A stretch of DNA of 64,000 bases from an uncultured Verrucomicrobiae bacterium (GCA_963762565.1 CAVXLD010000007.1:32001-96000); one strand, 5' to 3'; counted from the stretch's first letter, positions 20,329-30,537 are shown. Notes: generated by a model not told the origin, from the sequence alone. Translations and numbers: made by a program.

Positions 20329-21132
20329 ATGACACCGGCGCTTTGGGAAGCTCGGAAGGAGGCATGTCGTCAAAATGCCAGGCAATTGCTAGCTGAAACC
20401 TTTGTCTCGGCGCCTGATGACATTGACGTCACTGCTCTTGCGTTCAAAGCGGGCCGGCTGACGATCGAAGAAGGTGGTTTGCAAGCTGCCGATGGACGGA
20501 TCGTCGCTGATGGGAAGAACGGCGGTAAAATCCGGGTTAAGTCTGGTCTCGGGCTGGAACGTCTTCGTTTCACAGTCGCCCACGAAATCGGCCACTGCCG
20601 GCTGCATGCTGGTGGCTTCATTGACCGGACGGACTCGGGGAAGACTTTTGGGATTTGGAACGATGCCAGTGAAGAAGCGGAGGCCAACACTTTCGCCGGT
20701 GAATTATTGCTTCCCAAGGATTTATTCCTGCCCCGAATTCGCGGGAAAGCGCCGTCCATCAGACTGCTCGAAACAGTCGCTGCGGAATTTAAGACAAGCC
20801 GTCTCGCGACCGCTGTACAGTACATCCATTACACCAGTGAAGTCGTCGCACTCGTTGTCTGTCAAGGCTGGGAAATCGAGTGGTCGCGAAAGGCGAAGGA
20901 CTTTTGGCCAAGAATAAAGACGGGCCGTGTAAGCCGAGATTCCGCAGCGGGAGAACAGCTCGCTGGGATTAGTGCGGATAGCGGCCAGATGGTTCTTACA
21001 CCGGCATACGCGTGGTTAGAAGGATTTGGAGATGATACGAGCAAAGACATCAAAGAGGACAGCATCTACCTGGATTATTACGATCGCTCGATCACCCTGC
21101 TCTGGTGGGATGACAACGGCGAAGAAGAATAG
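20329..21132 (+). CDS. ImmA/IrrE-family Zn metallopeptidase with C-terminal GAF-like region
   Basis: RFTVAHEIGH (HExxH), EAEANTFAGELLLP, FKTSRLATA motifs. Confidence 0.92.
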   Translation: MTPALWEARKEACRQNARQLLAETFVSAPDDIDVTALAFKAGRLTIEEGGLQAADGRIVADGKNGGKIRVKSGLGLERLRFTVAHEIGHCRLHAGGFIDRTDSGKTFGIWNDASEEAEANTFAGELLLPKDLFLPRIRGKAPSIRLLETVAAEFKTSRLATAVQYIHYTSEVVALVVCQGWEIEWSRKAKDFWPRIKTGRVSRDSAAGEQLAGISADSGQMVLTPAYAWLEGFGDDTSKDIKEDSIYLDYYDRSITLLWWDDNGEEE

Positions 21133-21336
21133 AATAAGGTGTCTCAATTTGGGTGACGAACGAAACGGCGGCCAAGCCAAACTACATCGAGTGGTAGTTG
21201 TCCGCCCATTGTCTACCTCAATTATCGTGGAAATTTAGGCCTCAGACCAAATTGGAAATCTACTGTCGTTTTCATCTGAAATCGACGCTCAGTAAACGAG
21301 GTGGGGGCAGGCGCAACCTGGACTGAGCCCGCCTGT

Positions 21337-21888
21337 TTACGGGTCAACCCACTGCGGCGTCGTTGCGCCAGCAGGAATCATCCAAACCCAGGTCGCACCT
21401 GGAGTCCAATATTCGTCCCAGAGGCTCGGGTGCTGAGGCAACTGGCCGGTGTTTTGTAGCTGACCCTGGTAGTGGATCCAAACACGACCTTCGTGCGGGA
21501 TCTCCTGAGATACCCAGCGACCACGATTGCTAGGATTCGCATACCACTCCGGGCTGAAAAGCGTCGTCGGCCCTGCCGCTTCGGCCCGCGGCCAGACCAC
21601 AGACTGAGCGCGTGGCACCGCAGGCGCGCTCTCGTTAACTGTCACCAAACGCTCAGAGGGACTGACTGGGTTCGGCTCTGCCAGCGGTGCGGGTTTGTTA
21701 CCGTTTGCTACGATGAAGGCCGCAGCAACGAGACCGGTAGCAATGATGATTGGACCCCAAGGTGCGGATTGCCTTGGGCTAGCCCTGGCGGCTAACCGTG
21801 GCGGGGGTCTTACGGTTCGCCACTCGACCGCCTGAGTTGGAGGCGGTTCCTGCCGGAAACAGAGTCCGGCTGGCGGTGTTTGTTTCAT
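21337..21888 (-). CDS. Hypothetical membrane-anchored Pro/Trp-rich protein
   Basis: Single TM; divergent from the WYL gene. Confidence 0.65.
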   Translation of the reverse strand: MKQTPPAGLCFRQEPPPTQAVEWRTVRPPPRLAARASPRQSAPWGPIIIATGLVAAAFIVANGNKPAPLAEPNPVSPSERLVTVNESAPAVPRAQSVVWPRAEAAGPTTLFSPEWYANPSNRGRWVSQEIPHEGRVWIHYQGQLQNTGQLPQHPSLWDEYWTPGATWVWMIPAGATTPQWVDP

Positions 21889-21987
21889 AGGTTGACGGAG
21901 GTTTTTTTTGGCTCCTCGGTGCCCTTTGCTAACAAAGGGCGCGGGTTACGCAAGAGAGGTAGACATTGGGCAAAGATACGCCAGGGC

Positions 21988-22008
21988 TAGGGACATCTGC
22001 TGTCCCTA
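21988..22008. promoter_or_regulatory. Perfect inverted repeat TAGGGACA-N5-TGTCCCTA, putative WYL operator
   Basis: Read directly from sequence, in the intergenic region upstream of the WYL gene. Confidence 0.7.
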
Positions 22009-22050
22009 CTTCGCATGGTCTTCAAAATATTGTGTGCCGGTTCCGCCTCA

Positions 22051-22083
22051 GGGACCACAAATGTCCCAGGTAGCCCTTATATT
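22051..22083 (+). promoter_or_regulatory. Second operator GGGAC-N7-GTCCC followed after 10 nt by a -10 box TATATT
   Basis: gggaccacaaatgtccc-aggtagccct-tatatt. Confidence 0.65.
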
Positions 22084-22205
22084 GCAGCGTGGTTCATGAA
22101 AAACGGTTCAAATCGAGAATGCGGATTCCGAATATTGAACCGCTGCCGGCCGTAAAATCCAGAAAGTGGTCGTTCTACCGCTCCGCGGATGTTACAACGA
22201 GATTC

Positions 22206-23249
22206 ATGCCCCGTCTCGTTAAGAAGAATCGCGCAACCCGAATCCCGTCTGCGGCGAAAGTACGCACATTGCATTCCCGCCCGCCGCTCTACCGGTTTCA
22301 GGAGATTTTCCACGCCATCAAGACCGGCCGCTATCCCAACCGCACCAAACTGGCGAATACGATCGAGGTCACCACCAAAACGATCCAGCGCGACATCGAT
22401 TACATGCGTTACCAGATGAGTGTGCCGATCGAGTTCGATTTTGCCCGGGGCGGCTATTATTTCACGAAGCCAATGACGGACTTGCCGCTCTTCCAACTGA
22501 CGGAAGCGGAACTCGTCTCGGTCTTCGTGGCGCAGAAGGCGTTGGAAGCCTACAAAGGCACTGCGTTCGAACAACCGCTCCGAACGGCATTTCAGAAACT
22601 GCAGGCGGCTACCGGGAGCGCCAATATCAGTGTCAGCTGGGAGGATTTGGATTCGGCGATTTCATTCCGGCAGTTTGGCGCCTATTTACCGGATGCGACG
22701 ATTTTCTCGGAATTAGCCAAAGCAATACAGAATAAAGAGGTCGTGGAATTCGGGTATAAGAAGCTGGACGCGAAGGTTTTCGAAAAGCGGACAGTCGAGC
22801 CCTGGCACTTAGCTTGTGTCTCGGGTCAGTGGTATCTGCTTGGCTACGACCGGAACCGCAAAGCCCGCCGGATCTTCGTCCTCGCCCGGATGCAGAAGGT
22901 CTCGCGAACCGCCCACAAATTTTCCAACCCAAGGCCAGGGGAGGGGGACATTCAACGCCTCTTCCGGGACAGCTTTCAAATCTGGCAAACCGAAGACGCT
23001 GAGCTCGAGCAAATCGTTTTGCGATTTTCCGGCCAGGCCGCGCAGCTGGTTCGGGAGCGGAACTGGCATGCGAGCCAGCAGGTCCAGGAGTTAGCCGGCG
23101 GGAACCTTGAACTCGCTTTAACCCTGAATTCTTTGGAGGAGATAGTCCCTTGGATCCTATCCTGGGGGAAAAATTGTGAAGTGGAGAGACCCGCGAAACT
23201 CCGGAAAAAGGTCAAAAATTTTGCCTTATTCGCGCACAAAATTGAGTAA
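22206..23249 (+). CDS. wHTH-WYL-WCX transcriptional regulator
   Basis: EVTTKTIQRDIDYMR HTH; RTVEPWHL...QWYLLGYD...RIFVLARM; WILSWG; start codon uncertain. Confidence 0.95.
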   Translation: MPRLVKKNRATRIPSAAKVRTLHSRPPLYRFQEIFHAIKTGRYPNRTKLANTIEVTTKTIQRDIDYMRYQMSVPIEFDFARGGYYFTKPMTDLPLFQLTEAELVSVFVAQKALEAYKGTAFEQPLRTAFQKLQAATGSANISVSWEDLDSAISFRQFGAYLPDATIFSELAKAIQNKEVVEFGYKKLDAKVFEKRTVEPWHLACVSGQWYLLGYDRNRKARRIFVLARMQKVSRTAHKFSNPRPGEGDIQRLFRDSFQIWQTEDAELEQIVLRFSGQAAQLVRERNWHASQQVQELAGGNLELALTLNSLEEIVPWILSWGKNCEVERPAKLRKKVKNFALFAHKIE

Positions 23250-23409
23250 GAAAATGAATACTCGATTCCGTCGGGGATCCGGTTCCTTAATTTCGCTCTA
23301 ATCGGTTTTTCCGAGCTCTTTTGCGGTGGGCGCTTCACGCAAATCTGCCAATTGGGCAAAGGAAGGCGGTGCGCGAAATGAAATAAGATCAGTCGCCTAT
23401 CACTTACCG

Positions 23410-23444
23410 TGTCCCTGCCAATGTCCCAACCCCTATGTAAAAGT
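23410..23444 (+). promoter_or_regulatory. Two TGTCCC half-sites, the second followed by N10-TAAAAG, upstream of the vWA gene
   Basis: tgtccctgccaatgtccc-aacccctatg-taaaagt. Confidence 0.5.
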
Positions 23445-23510
23445 AGGAAACACCAGTTTTTCTCTCTAACTAATGAACCCACTCCAAGGCCAACTTGAAC
23501 GTCCCCGCCA

Positions 23511-24921
23511 ATGAAGATTGAACTCCAACTCGACTATAAAACCATTTTACGGAATTCCTCTCGACCCGTACATCTCGTCACGAAACTAACCGCTCCGGCG
23601 CAACCGCTCACCCAGCGAGTGCGGCCAACCGCTTTCACGGTCGTGCTGGATCGCTCCGGTTCAATGAGCGGCGCGCCCATCGAACACGCAAAACGAGCCT
23701 GTCGCGAGGTCATCAAGAATCTGCGGCCGGAGGACTATTTCAGTCTGGTTGTCTTCGACGATTCAGCCCAGGTCGTTATCCCTTTGGAGCGACCGACTAA
23801 CCGGTTTAGTTGGTACCAAACCGTCGATCAGATCCAGGCAGGAGCTTCGACCAATCTCATGGCCGGTTGGTTATTGGGACGCGATTCTCATGAAGGCCCA
23901 GAAAACCGCTGGCGGGATCGCTCCGATCCGCAAGATCCTTTTGCTCACGGATGGGTACCTCAACGCCGGGATTACCGAGCCGGACCGTGTCGAAGCGTTG
24001 ACAAGGGCCGGCCTGGAGAAGGACGAGATCCGGACCAGTTGCCTCGGGTTCGGATACGGTTACAACGAGAATATTCTCGCCGCGATGAGCAAGGTCGGGC
24101 AGGGGCAGTTACACGATGCCGATTCGCCCGAGAAATTCCCGGTTATCCTGGCGGATGAACTCGACGGATTGCAGAAAATTACGGTGCAAAATTTGCGGCT
24201 CCGGATCCAACCAAAGCTTTTCTGCAACGCCTGGAAACAATACGGTGATTACCCCCTGATTCAATTACCCGACCAGCGGACCGAGGTGGCATTGGGTGAC
24301 TTGGTGAGCGGCGAGGAGCGCTACGTCGTTTTGATGCTCGAGGTATTACCATTGCCGTTGTTACCGGACGGCAGTTTGCCAGCCTTGCTCGAAGGGGAAG
24401 AACTGGTCGCCCTCGAATTCGCATTCACCTCGATCACGGAAGAAGGAACCGATCTGAGGCTCGAGAGCCGGACCGGTTCCCATCTGGTCCGAATCCAGGG
24501 AACACAAAATCCAGCCGACGTCGTCCAGAACGTTGAGCTGATCGCCGTGATTGCCAACCAGCAGGCGGCAGACGCCGTGCGCAAAGCCGCTGAAGCTCTG
24601 GCCGGCGGCGCGGATGCTGAGACTGCCCTACGGCATTTTACAGATGCGAAACTTTACTTCCGCTGTTGCGCTGAACCGCTGGTATCCGAGGCGGCCGCAC
24701 TGCTCGATGAGCATGAGCAAAAGATCCGGTCCAACAACATCGACTCGCGCGCGCGGAAGAACATGCGGTACGAAGCGCGCTACTATGGCCAGACCAGCAG
24801 CGCCAGGCTCTACACCGGATCCGGCAAGAAACCAGGGTTCACTAACAAACCGACGGTCGACGAGCAACTGAACGAGAAACCAGACAGCGGAAGATCAGAA
24901 TCGTCTGGTGGGCAGCATTGA
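23511..24921 (+). CDS. vWA-domain protein with one frameshift near 23885 (pseudogene or read error)
   Basis: DRSGSM MIDAS and STNLMAGWLLGRD in the first frame; LLLTDG and GFGYGYNE in the next frame. Confidence 0.88.
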
Positions 24922-24947
24922 GACAGTGATATCCGTCTAAGCATCCC

Positions 24948-25619
24948 ATGAACCCGGTCGAAGTAGTTAACCATCGGCTCCGTCATCCGGACATTAACTA
25001 CGAGTTCCGGCCGAGCTCTTATTGGGAACCTGCTAGCGATGTGCTCCATACGGTATTGCGCAATGTGAAAGGGACGCGGCGGCGAGAAATGATCACGGAC
25101 TTCTTTCGACAAGGCCGCTTGGATGAGCTTGCCCAAGAACTTAGCTCGGACGAGCTGAGCGAGGACGCAAGGGAAAGGCTGGGAAGAATTCATCCAACGT
25201 TTATGGGCGGCGAGTATCTACCAGGCTATCGAGCGAGCGAGGTCGAGATCGTGCGGATTGAACTAGAGTCGACGACCGCCGATGTGATCAGCGTCCGGGC
25301 ACGGTTAGTCGGACGCAAAACAGCGAGGATCGAGTACAAGGTAGTGGACGAATACCAGTCCGAGTTCGTTTTCAAGCCGCGCGGTAGCACCAAGCCTCTA
25401 ACCCTGGGTCAGTTGATCGATTCTCTCGATCGTTTACAACAGAGCCGAGGTGAATTGGACATTCATGCAGTCTGGTTACGGCTCGGTTGGGTTCTCGTCG
25501 CCAAGGACGCCACCATGATTCGCGATGCTGACGGACAGCCCTTAAATTACTTCCGGCTCGACATTGACTGCGAAAATACGGTAGGAACTTTCGCGCGTCC
25601 TCGCAATGTCCGAGAGTAA
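24948..25619 (+). CDS. Conserved hypothetical protein in the vWA operon
   Basis: Starts 26 nt after the vWA stop; motif-like GRIHPTFMGGEYLP...STTADVISVRAR. Confidence 0.75.
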   Translation: MNPVEVVNHRLRHPDINYEFRPSSYWEPASDVLHTVLRNVKGTRRREMITDFFRQGRLDELAQELSSDELSEDARERLGRIHPTFMGGEYLPGYRASEVEIVRIELESTTADVISVRARLVGRKTARIEYKVVDEYQSEFVFKPRGSTKPLTLGQLIDSLDRLQQSRGELDIHAVWLRLGWVLVAKDATMIRDADGQPLNYFRLDIDCENTVGTFARPRNVRE

Positions 25620-25687
25620 GTTATGGACATCAGCGATTTTAGAATTTCCTGCGAAGAGCTGGGGCAGTTGATGCCCGTGTTAGAAAA

Positions 25688-26131
25688 ATGCGACCCGTCT
25701 GGTCCCAATTTCTTCAGCGGCAGATTGCTCTCGGTAGGCACTATCCTAAAGAGGCCGGTTGTGTCCGAGAAGCTGACGATCGAACCCAGATGGATATGTT
25801 CTTTCTGCTGGGAACGACAATAACGAGGCAGGACAGGGTTGAGGGTATGTCTAACCGTGAATTCCTACCGGATTATCATGCTAAGGGCGTGACTTTTTAC
25901 GAAAGCGTTCTAGATCAGGTTCACGAAGCTATCTGCGGCAAGAATGGTATCTATCGAAAAGAACGCCAGAAGATAGAATCGACTCCGGAGGCGTTTATAA
26001 CTACCTTGGTGCCCGTTGTGTTATCGACGTTACAATTACCGGCAGCGATAGGTGGCGCCGCGATAGTAATTGTGCTTTTGATCTCGAAAATCGGTATCCA
26101 CGCCTTCTGTGAATCAACAGCAACTGCTTAG
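25688..26131 (+). CDS. Hypothetical protein with hydrophobic C-terminal hairpin
   Basis: 147-aa ORF; EAICG...LLISKIGIHAFCE; the 5' end may extend via frameshift to 25623. Confidence 0.6.
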   Translation: MRPVWSQFLQRQIALGRHYPKEAGCVREADDRTQMDMFFLLGTTITRQDRVEGMSNREFLPDYHAKGVTFYESVLDQVHEAICGKNGIYRKERQKIESTPEAFITTLVPVVLSTLQLPAAIGGAAIVIVLLISKIGIHAFCESTATA

Positions 26132-26324
26132 CTAAAAGAGATCTGCCTGATATTACTGAGTCCACGGCCAAGGAGCCAATCGGAGTTTGCTGTTGGGTAC
26201 CGGGAACATCGGGCCGATGCAGTGGCGTAAGATCCGACCGGATGGTCAGATTGAGGTTTCAGAAGTTGAGGAACTTTGGTTAACTTGTTTTCTCACAGTA
26301 TGCCTCATCAATTAGTTAGTTTGG

Positions 26325-27482
26325 TTAGCAGGCCGATAGACCTTGGACAGTTACCGTAGCAATCGGCCGCTCCCAGGTAGAAGACTCGCACCGCGTAATT
26401 TTATTGCCGCAAGGAATTGAATGGTCCAACCAATAGGAAACGGTGACTAACCAAATGCAGGATATTGTCGCGGTAGTGGAGCTTGGGGGCGGATCGACAA
26501 AACGATTCACGCTTTGCCTATATCGACGTAAAACCCGCGTGTGCCCACGCCCTATTCGTATATCCGAGCGACGCGGCATGCTGTGATGCCCTCCCATTCG
26601 GCTCAGGCTATAAGCCATTGCTAAAATCGCCTCCTCACAGCCTTCGGCCAACGACTTCTGCCGGATAAGCGACAAGCCGATCCAGGTTTCTAGACACTCG
26701 GTCGCTCCACAACGGTCGATCACAGATTCGACTGGCACAACTTTCGTTTCGATTTTTTGCCGGTCCGAGTACGTAACTTCGCGGCTGTTATTGATTAGTA
26801 CAACGTTTTGACAACCAAGCCGATGAAGCTCCTGTATCGCATCTGGAACTGTCTTGGTGCTTGTTATCGCCATTGCTTCCTCGATCGACTCAGATACGAC
26901 GAGCAATATTTTGTTGTCGGGCAAGCAATTGATGCGATTCAGCGGCGAAATATCTAGAACAAACGGAATCGAATGCTGTTCGCAAAGTTTCATCACTGCC
27001 CAAACGGTACGGCTGGGAATTTCGAGTTCGGAAATGACTAGATCGGCCGAAAGAACAAGATCTCGCGCGGAGTGGACCATTTTAGGCGTAACACGGTCAT
27101 TCGCCGACTCGGCGCAAATCAGGAAATGTTTTCCTGTACCAGCTTCTATCAAACTCAAGGACGTCCCGGTTTTGACGTGCGGTAATTCAAAGAAGTAATC
27201 AAGGTCAATAGACTCACCCGCCAACTGACTAAGCGCCATTCCACCAAACCAGTCTCGACCATATGCCCCAACAAATGCGACAGCACAACCGGCTCGCGCT
27301 GCCGCGACTGCACAATTGGCTCCGCGGCCTCCAGCGTAAATCTGCATCGGACCGCCAACTAGGCTTTTTCCAGCAACAAGCGGCGTTTTGCATCGAATCA
27401 AGAGGTCGGCATTGTACCCGCCGGCAACGACCACTCGAGGCTTGGAACGACCGTTTGTCTTCAGGTTATCTCGAGGCGACAT
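26325..27482 (-). CDS. PfkB/ribokinase-family protein with degenerate catalytic motif
   Basis: GGYNAD, GGRGANCAVAAARAG, GRDWFG, SANDR; DRCGATE in place of DTTGAGD. Confidence 0.85.
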   Translation of the reverse strand: MSPRDNLKTNGRSKPRVVVAGGYNADLLIRCKTPLVAGKSLVGGPMQIYAGGRGANCAVAAARAGCAVAFVGAYGRDWFGGMALSQLAGESIDLDYFFELPHVKTGTSLSLIEAGTGKHFLICAESANDRVTPKMVHSARDLVLSADLVISELEIPSRTVWAVMKLCEQHSIPFVLDISPLNRINCLPDNKILLVVSESIEEAMAITSTKTVPDAIQELHRLGCQNVVLINNSREVTYSDRQKIETKVVPVESVIDRCGATECLETWIGLSLIRQKSLAEGCEEAILAMAYSLSRMGGHHSMPRRSDIRIGRGHTRVLRRYRQSVNRFVDPPPSSTTATISCIWLVTVSYWLDHSIPCGNKITRCESSTWERPIATVTVQGLSAC

Positions 27483-27584
27483 AATTTCACTTCGATGAAA
27501 AGCGATCGCTGGCATTGACCTTGCCGGCCCCTGGTCCGCTCGCGCCTTTCTTTTCTACAATACTTTGATTTAGCAACTTAGTCT

Positions 27585-28181
27585 TTATCGACCCAGCGAC
27601 AAAAGGGCAGCCTCGAGCGTGTTTGTGTCCGTGAGCTCAAGTATCGCTGACTCATACTCTTCGGTCAGAGGAGTCGAAATTCCTGCGCTCTTTGCCGCCA
27701 GCAAATACGAAATCCCGTCCTTCCCCTTTCCCACTTCAGGATTTTGAGCGCTGGCGATTGCTAAACAGGCCAGCTTCCGTCCGGTCAACGGGGAGGGGAT
27801 ATTGGCCTGGATAGATGGGTACAGAACCAAAACGATGCCCCCGAAATTCAGTATGGTCTTAATGAGTACCGAGTTTGGTCCGGGCCGCGCGGGCGGACTA
27901 TATGAACCTTGCGCCCGACGAGTCTCGCGACGCCAGAGCATGTCCTTGGCTTCCTTTTCCGACGTGGCGTCAGATAACACAAAGAGAACGGCGCTAACCT
28001 GGAAACCGCCTCCATCGACCGGGACCAGCGTAGGCGCTCCTCCGCGCGTTCGCGAGGAACGTGCGTACTCGACCTTGAACGGCGTTAGAATCGGCCCGAG
28101 CCGATTCACAATGCAGTTCTCGAGTTCTTCTCCGGGCTCAGAGATCAGAGAACCGTAAGCTAATATTGCAATCTTCTTCAC
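27585..28181 (-). CDS. Gamma-glutamylcyclotransferase/ChaC-like protein
   Basis: ILAYGSL N-terminal motif, APTLVP, LWRRE, GISYL. Confidence 0.7.
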   Translation of the reverse strand: MKKIAILAYGSLISEPGEELENCIVNRLGPILTPFKVEYARSSRTRGGAPTLVPVDGGGFQVSAVLFVLSDATSEKEAKDMLWRRETRRAQGSYSPPARPGPNSVLIKTILNFGGIVLVLYPSIQANIPSPLTGRKLACLAIASAQNPEVGKGKDGISYLLAAKSAGISTPLTEEYESAILELTDTNTLEAALLSLGR

Positions 28182-28279
28182 GGCCCGAGCTGCTCTCAGA
28201 CATTCAATATTAAGCAGGATCGGCTCAATGAAAAGAGCCACGGTGGGCCCCCCGAGCCATCGCCTCTCCGCAGTACCAG

Positions 28280-29944
28280 CTAGATGCTCATTGGGCCAAC
28301 TTCCATTGCAACGAGGCACGCATCATCGCTAAAGTGTCTGCCCGCCGAGAATCTCTGCACCTCTTCGATGACCTCATGACACAGTTGAAAAGCGGGCAAT
28401 TCACGGTGCCTACTCACAGCTTCTAAAAGGCGCCGATAGTCATAGATGTCTCCGCTAGGACCCTCCACTTCATATAATCCATCGGTTAAGAGAAGCAGCG
28501 TATCATGCGGCGAGAGTTCACAATGGCAGCTGGGATAAACCGCGTCATCGAAAAGCCCGAGCGCCGGCCCATGCTTGCTGCCGTTCAGAGGAGACATCTC
28601 AGTGCGATCTCTCGCCCGATGAACGCGCAAAGGATTGGGATGTCCGGCATTTGCATAACGCATTTCGCCTTTCTCCAAATCCGCGAGCAAGTAAAAGGCC
28701 GAAGCAAAGAGCGGGACCTCACTATAATATTCCAGTCTTGAGCGCAGTGCCCGATTGAGCCGGCAAAGGAACTCACCCGGATCTCCTAAGTAATCTCGCA
28801 GTTGGCCCACCAAAGCACTAACGGTGGAGGCCACAAGAGCGGCACGGACACCATGGCCCATCACGTCGCAGATAAAGATCCCAGCACTGGTATCAGAGAG
28901 TTTTAAGACTTCGAAAAAGTCGCCGCTCACGCTCATTGAGGGCTGGTAAAAGTGGTAGAAGCGTACTGCGAGCTCTTCGTTCGAAGCATGATGAGGGAAG
29001 TGAGGATGGCGGTGCGGCAGCATTGCCTGCTGAAGTTCTCGGGCCATTTCCAGATCCTGCTCAAGGGCTTCATTCTTTTCGCGCAATTCTCTTGCCAGTG
29101 CCGCGAGTTTTTCTTCAGCGCGCTTCTTCTCCGTGATGTCGCGCGAGAGCCCAAAGGTGCCGATGATGTTTCCGTTGGGATCTCGCAGCGGCAACTTTGA
29201 AGTGGAGACCCACGTCTCGTGCCCATCGGGCCAGGTCTCCTTTTCCTCCATGTTCACCAGAGGCTGTCCCATACGCAGAATCTCCTGTTCATCGCGGAGC
29301 GCAGCCTGGGCATGCTCGCGATCGAATAAATCGGCGTCTGTCTTGCCGAGCACGTCCGCTGGATCTTCGAAGCAGAACGAGGCTGCCGTGGCGCGATTTA
29401 CTGCAATAAAGCGGCTCTCCCTGTCCTTGAAATAGATGTGATCCGGCAGATTATCCATTAGCGTTTTTAGGAGAAAACGCTCTCGTGCGAGGGCATTCTC
29501 CATCTGGGAGCGCTCACTCACATCCCAGGAAACGCCGGTCACCCGCACTGGCTTCCCCTGATTGTCACAAACCACTTTTGATCTCGCCCTGAGAGCGTGA
29601 ACACTGCCGTCTGTTGGCCAAACCACGTGAAACTCTCCGTCATACTCCGCACGCCTTTCGAGTGCCTGCGCAAATTCTCCGGCTGCTTGCTGCCGGTTCT
29701 CAGCATGAATCATCTCCAGGAACTGCTCGTAGCGTCCGCTGAAGGTTGAGGGTGCCAGACCAAAGAGTGCGTGCATCCGCTCGTCCCAATGCATGGAGTG
29801 ATCGAGCAGATACCAATCCCAGGTACCCATGCGGGCCGAGCTAAGTGCAAGATAAAGCTGATCCTTATTCCTGCGCAAAAGTTCCTCATTCCCAATCCCC
29901 GAGTGTTCACTCGTTGAAATGGCCGGCTGCTGCGGCTCGTTCAT
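28280..29944 (-). CDS. PAS-PAS-SpoIIE (RsbU-like PP2C) phosphatase
   Basis: Two PAS/PAC domains; SGDFF, DVMGHG, NAGHP, TDGL and DDACL motifs. Confidence 0.95.
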   Translation of the reverse strand: MNEPQQPAISTSEHSGIGNEELLRRNKDQLYLALSSARMGTWDWYLLDHSMHWDERMHALFGLAPSTFSGRYEQFLEMIHAENRQQAAGEFAQALERRAEYDGEFHVVWPTDGSVHALRARSKVVCDNQGKPVRVTGVSWDVSERSQMENALARERFLLKTLMDNLPDHIYFKDRESRFIAVNRATAASFCFEDPADVLGKTDADLFDREHAQAALRDEQEILRMGQPLVNMEEKETWPDGHETWVSTSKLPLRDPNGNIIGTFGLSRDITEKKRAEEKLAALARELREKNEALEQDLEMARELQQAMLPHRHPHFPHHASNEELAVRFYHFYQPSMSVSGDFFEVLKLSDTSAGIFICDVMGHGVRAALVASTVSALVGQLRDYLGDPGEFLCRLNRALRSRLEYYSEVPLFASAFYLLADLEKGEMRYANAGHPNPLRVHRARDRTEMSPLNGSKHGPALGLFDDAVYPSCHCELSPHDTLLLLTDGLYEVEGPSGDIYDYRRLLEAVSRHRELPAFQLCHEVIEEVQRFSAGRHFSDDACLVAMEVGPMSI

Positions 29945-30214
29945 CGTTAAGGGATTCTATCCAGCAATGAATGAATTGCCAATCACCAACGGGAGACGTA
30001 AAAGGATGAGTTGTAAGCAGGCTTAAAGAGTTCCTTGAGTGAACCGTTTACCGGTTTCTCATTCAACACCAACCCGAGCTGGAAGGTGATACCGCACTAT
30101 CGGCGTTGCTGCGCGGTAAAGTCGCGAAACCAATCAGCCATCAGATTTCAGTACGACGCCGATTCACGGAGGTCCGAGGTGGAAGTTCCTTTTGTTCTGA
30201 GCCGCCTCCGACCC

Positions 30215-30345
30215 GCGTTCGCAGGGGAACGTGCATCGTGACCGTCGTGCCCAGCCCTACCGCACTGCACACCTCGAGCCGAAACGAGCGACCGTACAAT
30301 GCTTGGAGCCGTCGACGCAGCAGCCTTAAGGCGTGCGCTCGGGGG
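30215..30345 (-). pseudogene. LytS-type histidine kinase C-terminal remnant
   Basis: LRLLRRRLQALYGRSFRLEVCSAVGLGTTVTMHVP. Confidence 0.6.
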
Positions 30346-30537
30346 CGCTACCCAAAAAAAAAGGAAATACTGTACGCTAGTGCGCCGCGCTTACCTCGGC
30401 TCTTTAGTTGCTTGGAAACGAATTCTTCGGGGATTTACCGGAACGAGACATACGAGTCTTTCACCTGTATACGATTGCGACTAGGGTAGAATCGCTCTTT
30501 TGATTCGTGGAGCTCAATCTGTTTAACGATAGGATCT

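Noticed and set aside
23880..23895. Programmed frameshift in the vWA gene
   Set aside because: No slippery sequence at the switch; a mutation or read error is more likely
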